A DNA stretch of 32,000 bases from contig NC_010296.1 of the NCBI RefSeq assembly GCF_000010625.1, forward strand, positions 4,200,001 to 4,232,000, read 5' to 3'. A program made the position numbers and the translations under genes. Below, in pieces: positions 16,533 through 25,507 of the stretch; the stretch's first letter is position 1, and each line of letters starts with the position of its first letter. Origin of the DNA: Microcystis aeruginosa NIES-843 (GTDB taxonomy: Bacteria > Cyanobacteriota > Cyanobacteriia > Cyanobacteriales > Microcystaceae). Below the pieces are notes generated by a model that worked only from the letters and a program-made list of their open reading frames with translations, had not been told where the DNA came from and made no database searches.

Positions 16533-17150
16533 TTAAACCGCCGTTTTCCGTGACTCAAGGATGGGGTGGATAATTGTCCAGGCCAGGACGATAATTAAAG
16601 CCAAGATACCAAAACGAGCCATAGAACTGACTAACTGGTGCAAGGGGAACAAACGGCCTAAAAAGAAGGATAATGTCACCATAATCGTCGCCCACACCGT
16701 TGCTCCACCGAGATTACAGAGGAAAAAGCGACCGTAGGGCATTCGGGCAATTCCCGCCATGGGACCTGCAAAGATTCTTAACAGGGCGACGAAGCGACCG
16801 AAAAAGACCGCCCGGGGTGCATTTTTACTAAATTGTTCCTTGGCTAATTCTAGTTTTTGAGGTGGAATCCGAAAGAATTTGCCAACTTTTAACAAAAACG
16901 GCCAACCCCCGGCGCGACCGAGCCAATAGCCAAAATTATCGCCTAAAACTGCTCCTGTAATTGCGCTGACTAAAACTAACCAATAGTTCAAATCACCGCT
17001 ACCGGCAAGGAAGCCGCCCACAATGGTGATGGTTTCCCCGGGGATGGGAATCCCGGTATTTTCGAGGGTGATGCCGATAAATACTGCCCAGTATCCGTAT
17101 TGGTGGGCGATTTCTTCAATATTTTCTAGGGATAATAGCTCTAGGGACAT
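16533..17150 (-). CDS. DedA/SNARE-associated family membrane protein
   Basis: It carries the GYWAVFIGITLENTGIPIPGE motif and multiple TM segments. I prefer the ATG at 17150 (MSLELLS...) over the track's TTG at 17168. Confidence 0.85.
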   Translation of the reverse strand: MSLELLSLENIEEIAHQYGYWAVFIGITLENTGIPIPGETITIVGGFLAGSGDLNYWLVLVSAITGAVLGDNFGYWLGRAGGWPFLLKVGKFFRIPPQKLELAKEQFSKNAPRAVFFGRFVALLRIFAGPMAGIARMPYGRFFLCNLGGATVWATIMVTLSFFLGRLFPLHQLVSSMARFGILALIIVLAWTIIHPILESRKTAV

Positions 17151-17219
17151 GGAGCGTTTTCTTAACAAAGGTTTACGAATATTCTAAGATATTTTTACAG
17201 TATTTAACCGTGGCTGAAC

Positions 17220-17759
17220 ATGACTTTTCCCAGTATTGATTTATTAGCAATTCGTCAGGGTCAGATAAAAGATTTAGCGGGCATGAATTTGGCAGGGGCT
17301 GATTTAGCGGGTGCCGACCTAGCAGGGGCGAATTTACGGGCAAATTTGCGCGGTGCTGACCTGACCGGGGCAAATTTAAGGGGAGCAGATTTTCGTAATG
17401 CCGATTTACGCGGGGCAATTCTCCTCGATGCGATCGTGACTGGGGCAAGTTTGGCCGGCGCTTTTTTAGCTGGGGCGGTTTTTAATCATCTAGATTTGTC
17501 CGGGGCGGATTTTCGCGGTGTCGATGGCCGGGGAGTGAGTTTTGTCGGGGCGATTTTAACCCAAGCGGATTTTACTAGCGCTAATCTGTCCGGGGCAGAT
17601 CTGTCGGCAACTGATTTAGAGGAAGCAATTTTTTTCGGGGCGATTTTACGCGGAACAAATTTTACTGATGCCAATCTTCTTTGTGCTAGTTTAGCCTCGG
17701 CAGCAACCACGGGGGCAATTTTCGATCGAGCTTGTTTAGAAGGGACGGGATTAACCTAA
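17220..17759 (+). CDS. Pentapeptide-repeat protein
   Basis: 179 aa composed almost entirely of A(D/N)L.G-type pentapeptides (GADLAGADLAGANLRANLRGADLTGANLRGADFRNADLRGA...). Confidence 0.9.
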   Translation: MTFPSIDLLAIRQGQIKDLAGMNLAGADLAGADLAGANLRANLRGADLTGANLRGADFRNADLRGAILLDAIVTGASLAGAFLAGAVFNHLDLSGADFRGVDGRGVSFVGAILTQADFTSANLSGADLSATDLEEAIFFGAILRGTNFTDANLLCASLASAATTGAIFDRACLEGTGLT

Positions 17760-17769
17760 ATGGCTGATA

Positions 17770-17949
17770 AGACCTCTTGTAAAAATCAAAAATTGTTGTT
17801 AGGGTTGGGAGTCAGTAGCCAGTAGTCAGGAGTCAGGAGAATTAAGAATGAATAATAATCAGTTAAATGGTCTATTTATAGACTTTATGCCATTTAATCC
17901 TTATTTCTGCCGTTTTTGAACTCTGAAAAATTAATTATGCAAGAGGTTT
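17770..17949 (+). mobile_element. MITE family 3, copy 2
   Basis: It is homologous to 15661-15840. The ends are AGACCTCTTGT and GCAAGAGGTTT. It starts 11 nt after the pentapeptide gene stop. Confidence 0.75.
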
Positions 17950-18283
17950 ATAAAGGAAGATGAGTTTCTAATTAGTTGCTGTCACCTGATCTAGGTTGAA
18001 AAATCTGACCCATTCCCCTGTTTATCTACCTCCATGGCTCCAGCTATCCTGAACCATTTAACACTTTTTCGTCCCTGGCTCTTCTTCTTGGCCAAATTGA
18101 TCAAGTTTTTGCCATTCTCGACCGGAAAATTTAATTTAATTGTCCGGGTAATCAGTCCAGTTATTGAAGAATTTTTACTAACCAATTAAGCAATCAACCT
18201 AGTTCCTTAAGGGAACCTAGGGAAAAGATTATCCTCAAAAATGATAGGATTGATTGATACCTAGCTGCCGTTAATCGCCATCG

Positions 18284-19900
18284 ATGAGACCTTTACGCCA
18301 ACTTTACCGCTATTTAAGTTTATTTTGCCTCTGTCTTCTTCTGACCGTGGGCTGTCAGTCCACTAATTCCAATTTACCACAACGAGATAGCGATCGCCTG
18401 ATAATTGGGACAACCCTAAAACCACGCTCGATCGATCCTGCCGATAGTTATGAGTTAGCAGGACTTTTTATTATTTATAATCTCGGTGAAACTCTCTACA
18501 CCTACGCGGAAGGAACCACTAATTTAAAGCCTCTCCTGGCCACGGAATTACCGCAAATTAGCCCCGATGGTTTGACCTATACTATCCCAGTACGTCGAGG
18601 AGTTATTTTTCATGATGGCACGGTTTTTAACGCAGAGGCGATGAAGTTTTCCCTAGAAAGATTTATCAAAAATGGTGGTGAACCTTCCTTTCTTCTCCGG
18701 GATACAATTGATAAAATCACTGCTACCAAAGAAGACGAAATTACTATTAAACTAACCAGACCTTTTGCCGCCTTTCCCGCTCTTTTAGCTTACCCCGGAG
18801 CCTGTGCAGTTTCACCCAAATTTTATCAAATTGGCGAGGGTAAATTTAAACCTGAAGAATTTATCGGCACGGGACATTATCGATTAAAAGCAGTTACCAG
18901 CGATTCTTTTAGTTTAGAAGCCTTTGATCGCTATTGGGGAGAACCGGCCAAAAATAAGGGGGTTAATGTTCAAATTTATCTCTCGAATCCTGCCAATTTA
19001 TTCAACGGTTTTCAGACGGGTGCGGTGGATATTGCCTATCAATCTTTACTCCCTCCTCAAGTGAGAAAATTACGCACAGAAGCGGCGCAGGAAAAATGGC
19101 AAGCCATCGAATCTTCTGGGGCAGCAATTAACTTTATGAGCCTCAATCTCAAAAGTGAACCCACCAATAATATTTTAGTGCGACAAGCCATTGCTTCTCT
19201 AGTCGATCGAGATTTACTTAATGAGCGCATTTTACAAGGTCAAGGCATCCCTCTTTTTAGTCTCATTCCTACTACTTTTTCCGAGTCACAACCGGTGTTT
19301 AAAGAGCGCTATGGCAACCATAATATAGAGCAAGCTAAACAATTACTAAAAGCTGCTGGTTATAGTCAAGAAAAACCCGCAATTGTAGAAGTTTGGCACT
19401 CCTCGGGATCGATCACTTCCAGCAGCGTGGCGGCAGTGATGAAAGCTCTAGCAAAACGGGATTTAGATAATAGGATTCAATTTGAACCCAATAGTATCCT
19501 AGGAGCGGCCTTTTTCCGTAATATTAGCCAGGGACTTTATACCACTGCCCTATCTAATTGGTATCCCGATTTTTTGGATGCAGATAACTATATTTATCCC
19601 TTTTTAGATTGTGCTAAAGGTTCCCCAGAAACTGGCTGCGAAGAAGGAGGATCGCAAAGCCAAGGCTCATTTTTTTATAGTCAAGAAATGAATCAATTAA
19701 TCGCACAATCCCGTCGGGAAAGTAACCCAGCCAAAAGAAAGCAAATCTTTGGCAAAATTCAAGAAATTCTCGCCGATGAAGTTCCCTATATTCCCCTTTG
19801 GCAAACCAAGGAATACGCTTTTGCTCGCAATGGCATCACGGGAGTTATCATCAATCCCAGTCAAACTTTTCCCTTCTGGACGATTGCCAAAAAATCCTGA
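18284..19900 (+). CDS. ABC transporter substrate-binding lipoprotein, family 5 (peptide/nickel type)
   Basis: 538 aa with a lipobox (LLLTVGCQS). The family-5 SBP layout is visible (IGTTLKPRSIDPADSY..., YRLKAV..DRYWG). Confidence 0.87.
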   Translation: MRPLRQLYRYLSLFCLCLLLTVGCQSTNSNLPQRDSDRLIIGTTLKPRSIDPADSYELAGLFIIYNLGETLYTYAEGTTNLKPLLATELPQISPDGLTYTIPVRRGVIFHDGTVFNAEAMKFSLERFIKNGGEPSFLLRDTIDKITATKEDEITIKLTRPFAAFPALLAYPGACAVSPKFYQIGEGKFKPEEFIGTGHYRLKAVTSDSFSLEAFDRYWGEPAKNKGVNVQIYLSNPANLFNGFQTGAVDIAYQSLLPPQVRKLRTEAAQEKWQAIESSGAAINFMSLNLKSEPTNNILVRQAIASLVDRDLLNERILQGQGIPLFSLIPTTFSESQPVFKERYGNHNIEQAKQLLKAAGYSQEKPAIVEVWHSSGSITSSSVAAVMKALAKRDLDNRIQFEPNSILGAAFFRNISQGLYTTALSNWYPDFLDADNYIYPFLDCAKGSPETGCEEGGSQSQGSFFYSQEMNQLIAQSRRESNPAKRKQIFGKIQEILADEVPYIPLWQTKEYAFARNGITGVIINPSQTFPFWTIAKKS

Positions 19901-20124
19901 TAATTAGGGTTTGCTGAAAAAGTTTTTCCTGGGGGCAGGGTGTGGGGTGTGGGGTGTGGGGTGTGGGGTTTTACCAGTTTTGAGGTGGCCAATTACCTAA
20001 TTTTCAGGGAAAAAGTGCCTAAATTTCCCCCCGATCACTCCCATATCCATTACTTTTTGATTGACAAAAGGTCTAAAAGTCTTACCCAACAAGGTTTTTA
20101 GATTTATTCAGCAAGCCCTAATTA
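19901..20124 (+). mobile_element. MITE family 1, full copy (core 19907-20118), flanked by the 6-bp direct repeat TAATTA
   Basis: The terminal inverted repeats are (TA)GGGTTTGCTGAA and TTCAGCAAGCCC(TA). TAATTA occurs at 19901-19906 and 20119-20124. The interior contains (GGGGTGT)4. A second full copy lies at 25786-26011 in reverse orientation. Confidence 0.85.
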
Positions 20125-20169
20125 ATTATTAGGAGTTAGCAGTCAGGAGTCAGTATTCAGTATTCAGGA

Positions 20170-20217
20170 GATAGGGTGATAGGGTGATAGGGTTTTGGGG
20201 TGATAGGGTGATGAGAC
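20170..20217. repeat. 8-bp tandem array (GATAGGGT)n
   Basis: Units lie at 20170, 20178, 20186, 20194 (variant TTTGGGGT), 20202 and 20210 (degenerate). Confidence 0.8.
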
Positions 20218-20223
20218 AGCTTC

Positions 20224-20300
20224 CCCACTTCCCACTTCCCACTTCCCACTTCCCACTTCCCACTTCCCACTACCGATTCCCACTTCCCTACTTCCCTTCC
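20224..20300. repeat. Heptamer array (CCCACTT): 6 perfect units, then degenerate units
   Basis: The perfect units span 20224-20265. Variants (CCCACTA, CCGATTC, CCACTTC, CCTACTT...) continue to about 20300, which is 17 bp before the ATG at 20318. Confidence 0.9.
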
Positions 20301-20317
20301 TCATTCTCCATTTTCCT

Positions 20318-21100
20318 ATGAAACTAACAGCAATGTCCTTTAATATTCGCTACGATAAACCCGATCCAGATGAGGGTAATTGGCGAGTAAGAAGGGAAGC
20401 AGTAGCGGCTTTAATTGCTCACTATTCTCCCGATATAATTGGTACTCAGGAAGCTCGCGCTAATCAACTATTGGATCTACACCGTTTATTGCCAAAATAC
20501 CAAAGTTTAGGCAGCGATCGCAGGAGAACAGGATTAGATGAACATTGTGCGATTTTGTATCAACCAAGTCGGTTAAAATGTTTAGAAATTTACGAATTTT
20601 GGCTATCGGAAACTCCCGATGTTATTGGCAGTATCACTGAAGCTTGGGGTAATCCTTATCCCCGCATGGTAACGGGGGCTAAATTTCGCACTCTTGAGGG
20701 GCAAACTTTACAGTTTTATAACACCCATCTCGATTACTATAGCGACCAAGCTAAGGACTTAGGTGCGAAGTGCATACAGGAGCGTTTTTGTCAACTAGAT
20801 TTAACAAAAGATTACCTGTTTTTAACAGGTGATTTTAATGTTAATTCTCAGCAATTACCCCGTCAGATTTTAACTCAACCTCTGCAGCCAGAAATTAAAT
20901 TAAAGGACGCTTTAGCCGATTTAGAATTAGCGGAACAAATGAGCTTTAATAATTACACCGATACCCCTTATTTAGCCATCGATACAATTTATTATGATAG
21001 CCGTTTGCAGTTAGATTGGGCAAAAGTCGATCCTTCTCGTTGGTTGAATCTTATTCCTTCCGATCATTATCCCGTAATTGCTGCTTTTACCTTGCCCTAA
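20318..21100 (+). CDS. Endonuclease/exonuclease/phosphatase (EEP) family protein
   Basis: 260 aa with an N-terminal SFNIRYD, GTQEA, and a C-terminal SDHYPV catalytic-His motif. Confidence 0.85.
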   Translation: MKLTAMSFNIRYDKPDPDEGNWRVRREAVAALIAHYSPDIIGTQEARANQLLDLHRLLPKYQSLGSDRRRTGLDEHCAILYQPSRLKCLEIYEFWLSETPDVIGSITEAWGNPYPRMVTGAKFRTLEGQTLQFYNTHLDYYSDQAKDLGAKCIQERFCQLDLTKDYLFLTGDFNVNSQQLPRQILTQPLQPEIKLKDALADLELAEQMSFNNYTDTPYLAIDTIYYDSRLQLDWAKVDPSRWLNLIPSDHYPVIAAFTLP

Positions 21101-21233
21101 AAATAGATGATTTCTGTATTTAGCAAATATATAGAGGGTGAAAGCTTCAGCAGACTCTGGTGATTCGATGGTTAAATTTGTTCGGTGTTTTAAACAGGAA
21201 AAAAACTCAAGAAGTGATATTTTTGTAGCTATT

Positions 21234-21373
21234 AAGTAGCTGGTTATAATTAAATTAAAAATGGATTTTAGGTTCGATCCCCCCTGCCCCCCTTGATAAG
21301 GTAGGGTTGATTCATGAATCAACCCTACCCTTGATAAGGGGGGTGTCTGATAATTTTTAACGCCTACCTACTT
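21234..21373 (-). mobile_element. Repeat family 4 copy whose hairpin is interrupted by the 28-bp palindrome
   Basis: The reverse complement aligns end to end with 23496-23634. The exception is the palindrome plus an 11-bp duplication inserted within CCCCCCTTATCAAGGGGGG. Confidence 0.8.
21301..21328. repeat. 28-bp perfect palindrome GTAGGGTTGATTCATGAATCAACCCTAC (hairpin element, copy B)
   Basis: Perfectly self-complementary. It differs from copy A (2434-2461) at two positions per arm, and the changes are compensatory in both arms. Confidence 0.9.
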
Positions 21374-21425
21374 ATCGAGGCAATTCTGTTTATTTTCCTC
21401 CGGGGATTAGTTACCAATCCTCTGT

Positions 21426-21959
21426 TTATTTGATTAATTCCACCCCATCTTTGCCGTCAATCTCTTGTAGATAAACTTTTACCTGTTCCTCGGCTGCAGT
21501 GGGGAGTTTTTTGCCCGTAAAATCTGGGTGAATTGGTAATTCCCGATGACCACGATCAACGAGGACTAATAAGCGGATTTTTTGCGGTCTGCCATACTCA
21601 ATAATAGCATTGAAAGCGGCGCGGATCGTGCGACCTTTATAGATAACATCATCGACTAAAATCACGGTTTTTCCCGTGACATCTAGGGGCATTTTGGTTT
21701 TAGCAGGAGTGCGAGTTTTAATGCGATCGAGATCGTCGCGATAGAAGGTAATATCGATCGCTCCCACGGGAACTTTTACCCCTTCTAAGCTCTCAATTTG
21801 ACTAGCAATTAAATTAGCTAAAGGCACTCCTCGCGTGTAGATACCGATCAAAATCAAGTTATTTAAATCGCCACTTTTTTCGATAACTTCGGAAGCCAAA
21901 CGGGTAATAGTGCGACGAATTTCGTCAGCCGAGAGAATTTCAATTAACTGTGGGGTCAT
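21426..21959 (-). CDS. pyrR: Bifunctional pyrimidine operon regulator / uracil phosphoribosyltransferase
   Basis: It has the PRPP-binding motif [17 protein letters not shown] and the PyrR-typical [13 protein letters not shown] prefer the ATG at 21959 ([10 protein letters not shown]) over the track's TTG at 21974. Confidence 0.9.
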   Translation of the reverse strand: MTPQLIEILSADEIRRTITRLASEVIEKSGDLNNLILIGIYTRGVPLANLIASQIESLEGVKVPVGAIDITFYRDDLDRIKTRTPAKTKMPLDVTGKTVILVDDVIYKGRTIRAAFNAIIEYGRPQKIRLLVLVDRGHRELPIHPDFTGKKLPTAAEEQVKVYLQEIDGKDGVELIK

Positions 21960-22103
21960 AATTTTCCAAGACAAGGGGGGATAGGGGATAGGGAAATTTT
22001 TACGGCAATGTCCCTTTTTTTACTTTTTCCTTTTTCCTTTAAAACCATCTCCATCACTAACGAATATAATTATTTTCACTTACCTATTTTAACTCGATCG
22101 CTC

Positions 22104-23501
22104 ATGAGTGATGAATTATTGCAAAAATCTGCCCTAGAATTAGCCCAACTGATTCGCACTAAACAAATCTCCCCCCTAGAATTAACCCATTTATACCTCG
22201 ACAGAATTGAGAAATTTGACTGTCAAATTGGTAGTTTTGTCCATGTCGCCAGGGAAAGCGCCCTAGCCACCGCGGGCGCCCAAACGGAACAATTAAGTCA
22301 AATCGCCGCTACTGCCGAATTACCGCCTTTTTTTGGAGTTCCCACCGCCATTAAAGACTTAAATGCCGTCGCTGGAATGCCGGTTAGTTACGGAATCGCC
22401 GCCTTACAGGGAAATATTGCCCAATATGACGAAGGAATCGTCACCAGAATAAAAATGGCGGGTTTTATCCTTCTGGGCAAAACTGCCACTTCCCAGCTAG
22501 GTTCCTTTCCCTACACCGAAAATCTGGGTTTTTTGCCGACTCGTAACCCCTTCAACCGCGATTATACCGCAGGAGGTTCCAGTGGCGGTGCGGCGGCGGC
22601 GGTAGCGGCGGGTTTCTGCCCGATTGCCCAGGGTTCCGACGGTGGCGGTTCCATTCGTACTCCGGCGGGTTGTTGCGGTTTGGTGGGGATAAAACCCAGT
22701 CGTGGGCGCGTTTCCTATGCCCCGGTGGGGGAATTTCAAAGCGGTATCGCCACTAACGGCACTCTTTCTAAGACGGTGGCAGATGGGGCGGCGCTGCTTA
22801 CCGTGATTTCGGGCTATACGACGGGCGATCCCTACTGGCTACCCGATCCGCCCTTTTCTTTCCTAGAAGCCACTCAGAGAGGCGTAAAACCCCTAAGAAT
22901 CGCTTTTTCTACTTCCATATCCCCTTTCGGCGAAGCGGCTGCCGTCTATAAAAATGCTGTGATCGAGACGGCTAAAATTTTAGAGGGTATGGGGCATCAC
23001 TTAACGGAGTATTCTCCCGATTTACAGGCTTTAATCGCTCCTTTTCGCCGTATTTGGCAAGCGGGGACGGCAGCGGCGGCAATTCCCAGGGAGTTATTAA
23101 GTCCCCTTAACCAATGGTTATTGGACAATTCTGGCAGTGCGGGGGAATACCTGCAAGCGGTGCGGCAGATGCACGTTATTTCGCGGCAAATTGTGGCGAT
23201 GTTTGATAATTTTGATGTCTTACTTTTGCCAATTTTTCTACATCAACCCCCCGGAATTGCTGAGTGGGAAAATTTACCACCGGAAGAAGCGGTTAATAAG
23301 ATGATTAGTTGGATTGCCCCTTCTCCGATTGCTAATGCGAGTGGTTTACCCGCGATTGCTTTACCCACAGGGGTTGATAGTCAGGGTTTACCCGTGGCAA
23401 TTCAGTTAGTGGGTAAACCTGCTGATGAAATCACTTTGTTAGGTTTATCGGCACAATTAGAGGCAGCTAATCCTTTCGGTTTGATGGCTAATTTTAAGTA
23501 G
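22104..23501 (+). CDS. Amidase-signature family amidase
   Basis: It carries [14 protein letters not shown] and [12 protein letters not shown] signature motifs. I prefer the start at ATG 22104 ([18 protein letters not shown]), because the 32 upstream codons in the track ORF look non-coding. Confidence 0.87.
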   Translation: MSDELLQKSALELAQLIRTKQISPLELTHLYLDRIEKFDCQIGSFVHVARESALATAGAQTEQLSQIAATAELPPFFGVPTAIKDLNAVAGMPVSYGIAALQGNIAQYDEGIVTRIKMAGFILLGKTATSQLGSFPYTENLGFLPTRNPFNRDYTAGGSSGGAAAAVAAGFCPIAQGSDGGGSIRTPAGCCGLVGIKPSRGRVSYAPVGEFQSGIATNGTLSKTVADGAALLTVISGYTTGDPYWLPDPPFSFLEATQRGVKPLRIAFSTSISPFGEAAAVYKNAVIETAKILEGMGHHLTEYSPDLQALIAPFRRIWQAGTAAAAIPRELLSPLNQWLLDNSGSAGEYLQAVRQMHVISRQIVAMFDNFDVLLLPIFLHQPPGIAEWENLPPEEAVNKMISWIAPSPIANASGLPAIALPTGVDSQGLPVAIQLVGKPADEITLLGLSAQLEAANPFGLMANFK

Positions 23502-23634
23502 GTAGGTGTTAAAAGTTGTCAGACACCCCCCTTATCAAGGGGGGCAGGGGGGATCGGCACCCCCCTTATTAAGGGGGGACTAAGGGGGGATCGAAGCTAA
23601 AATCCATTTTTAATTCAATTATAACCAGCTACTT
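23496..23634 (+). mobile_element. Repeat family 4 copy with an internal ~35-bp duplication (two C6/G6 hairpins). It fills the whole convergent intergenic gap.
   Basis: The element runs AAGTAGGTAGGTG...AACCAGCTACTT. Hairpins lie at 23526-23544 and 23560-23578. The amidase TAG (23499-23501) and the ABC ATPase stop (23633-23635, minus strand) lie in or at its two ends. Confidence 0.8.
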
Positions 23635-25507
23635 AACTAGCAAGACTTTGGGTAAATTGGGGAATAGAAGCGATAAGTTTACGGGTGTAATCACTTTGGG
23701 GAGAGTTGATAATTTCGTTAGCTGTACCCATTTCCTCAATTTTACCTTTATTCATCACCATAATCCGATCGCTCATAAATCTGACGACACTTAAATCGTG
23801 GGAAATAAAGATATAAGTGAGATTAAATTCCTGCTGTAATTCTTTGAGTAAATTTAAGACTCCCGCTTGCACGGAAACATCTAAAGCAGAGACAGATTCA
23901 TCACAGATAATAAACTGAGGATTTAAGGCTAAAGCGCGAGCAATACACACCCTTTGTCGTTGTCCTCCCGATAATTGATGGGGATAGCGATCAAACCAAT
24001 TAGGATCGAGTTTAACTCGTTCTAATAAATATTCTACTCGTTGCCGTTGCTTTTTGTAATTGCCGCCGGTATGATGAATAACCATCGGTTCTAAAATTGC
24101 TTTACCGATGGATAAACGGGGATTCAGGGAGTTGTAGGGATTCTGAAAAACTATCTGTAATTCCCGTCTCAGTAGTCTTAATTTTGGATCGCTGGGGTTT
24201 AATTTAGCGAGATTTTCTCCTCGGAAATAGATATCTCCAGAAGTGGCAGGAATTAAGCGCAGAATTGTCCTTGCTAAGGTAGATTTTCCGCAGCCCGACT
24301 CACCGACTAAACCGAGAGTTTCCCCCCGTTTAACGGCAAAACTGATCTGATCTACGGCATTAAAAAAGGTCTTTACTTGCCCGAAAACTCCCTTAACTGG
24401 AAATCTAACCGATAAATTTTCTACTGATAAAATATTCTCGTGATGTTGTAAACCTTCAATTCTGCTTTCTTCCTCTTGGAGAGTAATAAATTTAACTGCT
24501 GGTGGAGTAATTTCCTGTAATTCAATAATCTTACCTTGAGAGTCTTTTTCCACTCGTAAAAAATCGCTGACAGTGGGCAATTTTTCTGGACGAGAGTTTA
24601 AGCGAGGACGACAGGCAAGTAAACCTTTTGTGTAGGGATGTTGGGGATAATTTAATACTTCTTCTTTCGTTCCTTGTTCGACGATTTCTCCTTGATACAT
24701 CACGACAATTTGATCGGCAATTTCGTTAATAACTCCCAGATCGTGGGAGATAAAAACCATTGACATTTCTCGATCGCTTTTACACAAATCTCGTAATAAT
24801 CTTAATATTTCTGCTTGGACAGTCACATCTAAAGCGGTGGTTGGTTCATCGGCAATTAATAGGGTAGGATTACAAGAAATCGCCATGGCAATCATTACCC
24901 TTTGTAATTGTCCCCCCGATAATTCGTGAGGATAACGCTTGAGAATTGCTTCTTTTTGTTCCTGAATATAAGTTCTAATTTTTTCCCTGACATGACCCTT
25001 ATTTTCTAAGGGAAAAGTTTCTATATACTTCTCCTCTAACTGTTCATCACTGGGTAATAAGCGCACTTCTTGCAGTAGAGAGATGGCTTGATTTTTTGCC
25101 TGTTCAGTGGTGACTTTTTGATGCAGTAAAATTGCTTCGGTGAGTTGAAACTCGATGTTATAAACTGGATTAAGAGAACTCATTGGTTCTTGGAAAATCA
25201 TCGCCATTTCTCCCCCGCGATAATAACGCAATTCTTCTGGGGGAATAGATAATAAATCTACTGCTTGCATTGACTGACCTTTTGCCGGACGAAAGCAAAT
25301 TTCTCCCCCGGTAATTTTTCCCGGAGAGGGAACCAGTCCCATGAGTGCAAGGGAGGTGACGGATTTTCCTGAACCCGACTCCCCCACACAACCGAGAACT
25401 TGACCTTTCTGCAAGCTAAAACTAATGTTATTAACGGCGACTGTTGTTCTTTTCTGATTAGAAAATTCAACGGTGAGATGGCGAACGTCGAGAACTTTGT
25501 TATCCAT
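23633..25507 (-). CDS. ABC transporter ATP-binding protein with two fused ATPase domains (peptide/nickel Dpp/Opp D-F type)
   Basis: 624 aa with two Walker A motifs (GESGSGKS, GESGCGKS), two signature motifs (LSGGQLQR, LSGGQRQR) and two Walker B motifs (LLIADEPTTALD, FIICDESVSALD). Confidence 0.92.
   Translation of the reverse strand: MDNKVLDVRHLTVEFSNQKRTTVAVNNISFSLQKGQVLGCVGESGSGKSVTSLALMGLVPSPGKITGGEICFRPAKGQSMQAVDLLSIPPEELRYYRGGEMAMIFQEPMSSLNPVYNIEFQLTEAILLHQKVTTEQAKNQAISLLQEVRLLPSDEQLEEKYIETFPLENKGHVREKIRTYIQEQKEAILKRYPHELSGGQLQRVMIAMAISCNPTLLIADEPTTALDVTVQAEILRLLRDLCKSDREMSMVFISHDLGVINEIADQIVVMYQGEIVEQGTKEEVLNYPQHPYTKGLLACRPRLNSRPEKLPTVSDFLRVEKDSQGKIIELQEITPPAVKFITLQEEESRIEGLQHHENILSVENLSVRFPVKGVFGQVKTFFNAVDQISFAVKRGETLGLVGESGCGKSTLARTILRLIPATSGDIYFRGENLAKLNPSDPKLRLLRRELQIVFQNPYNSLNPRLSIGKAILEPMVIHHTGGNYKKQRQRVEYLLERVKLDPNWFDRYPHQLSGGQRQRVCIARALALNPQFIICDESVSALDVSVQAGVLNLLKELQQEFNLTYIFISHDLSVVRFMSDRIMVMNKGKIEEMGTANEIINSPQSDYTRKLIASIPQFTQSLAS

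Noticed and set aside
17173-17710. Minus-strand ORFs 17173-17448 and 17486-17710
   Set aside because: They are antisense to the pentapeptide-repeat gene. The periodic repeat keeps several frames open.
17991-18185. Minus-strand 64-aa ORF (TTG start) between MITE family 3 copy 2 and the SBP gene
   Set aside because: It has no recognisable domain, a non-ATG start and no clear RBS. I cannot support it as a gene, although a small basic protein cannot be excluded.
19937-19968. Telomere-like GGGGTGT repeats
   Set aside because: They are internal to a MITE with defined inverted repeats and target duplications, and they lie in a chromosomal gene context. Nothing suggests a replicon end.
21271-21285. 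tRNA T-arm-like motif GGTTCGATCCCCCC inside repeat family 4
   Set aside because: The flanking bases do not form a T-stem, and no acceptor, D or anticodon arms can be drawn. I saw no tRNA gene in the window.
21011-21322. Minus-strand 103-aa ORF
   Set aside because: It overlaps the EEP gene 3' end in antisense and runs through a repeat element, with no homology.
22008-22103. N-terminal 32-codon extension of the amidase ORF
   Set aside because: The sequence is AT-rich and low-complexity ([32 protein letters not shown]). Conserved amidase sequence starts at the ATG at 22104.
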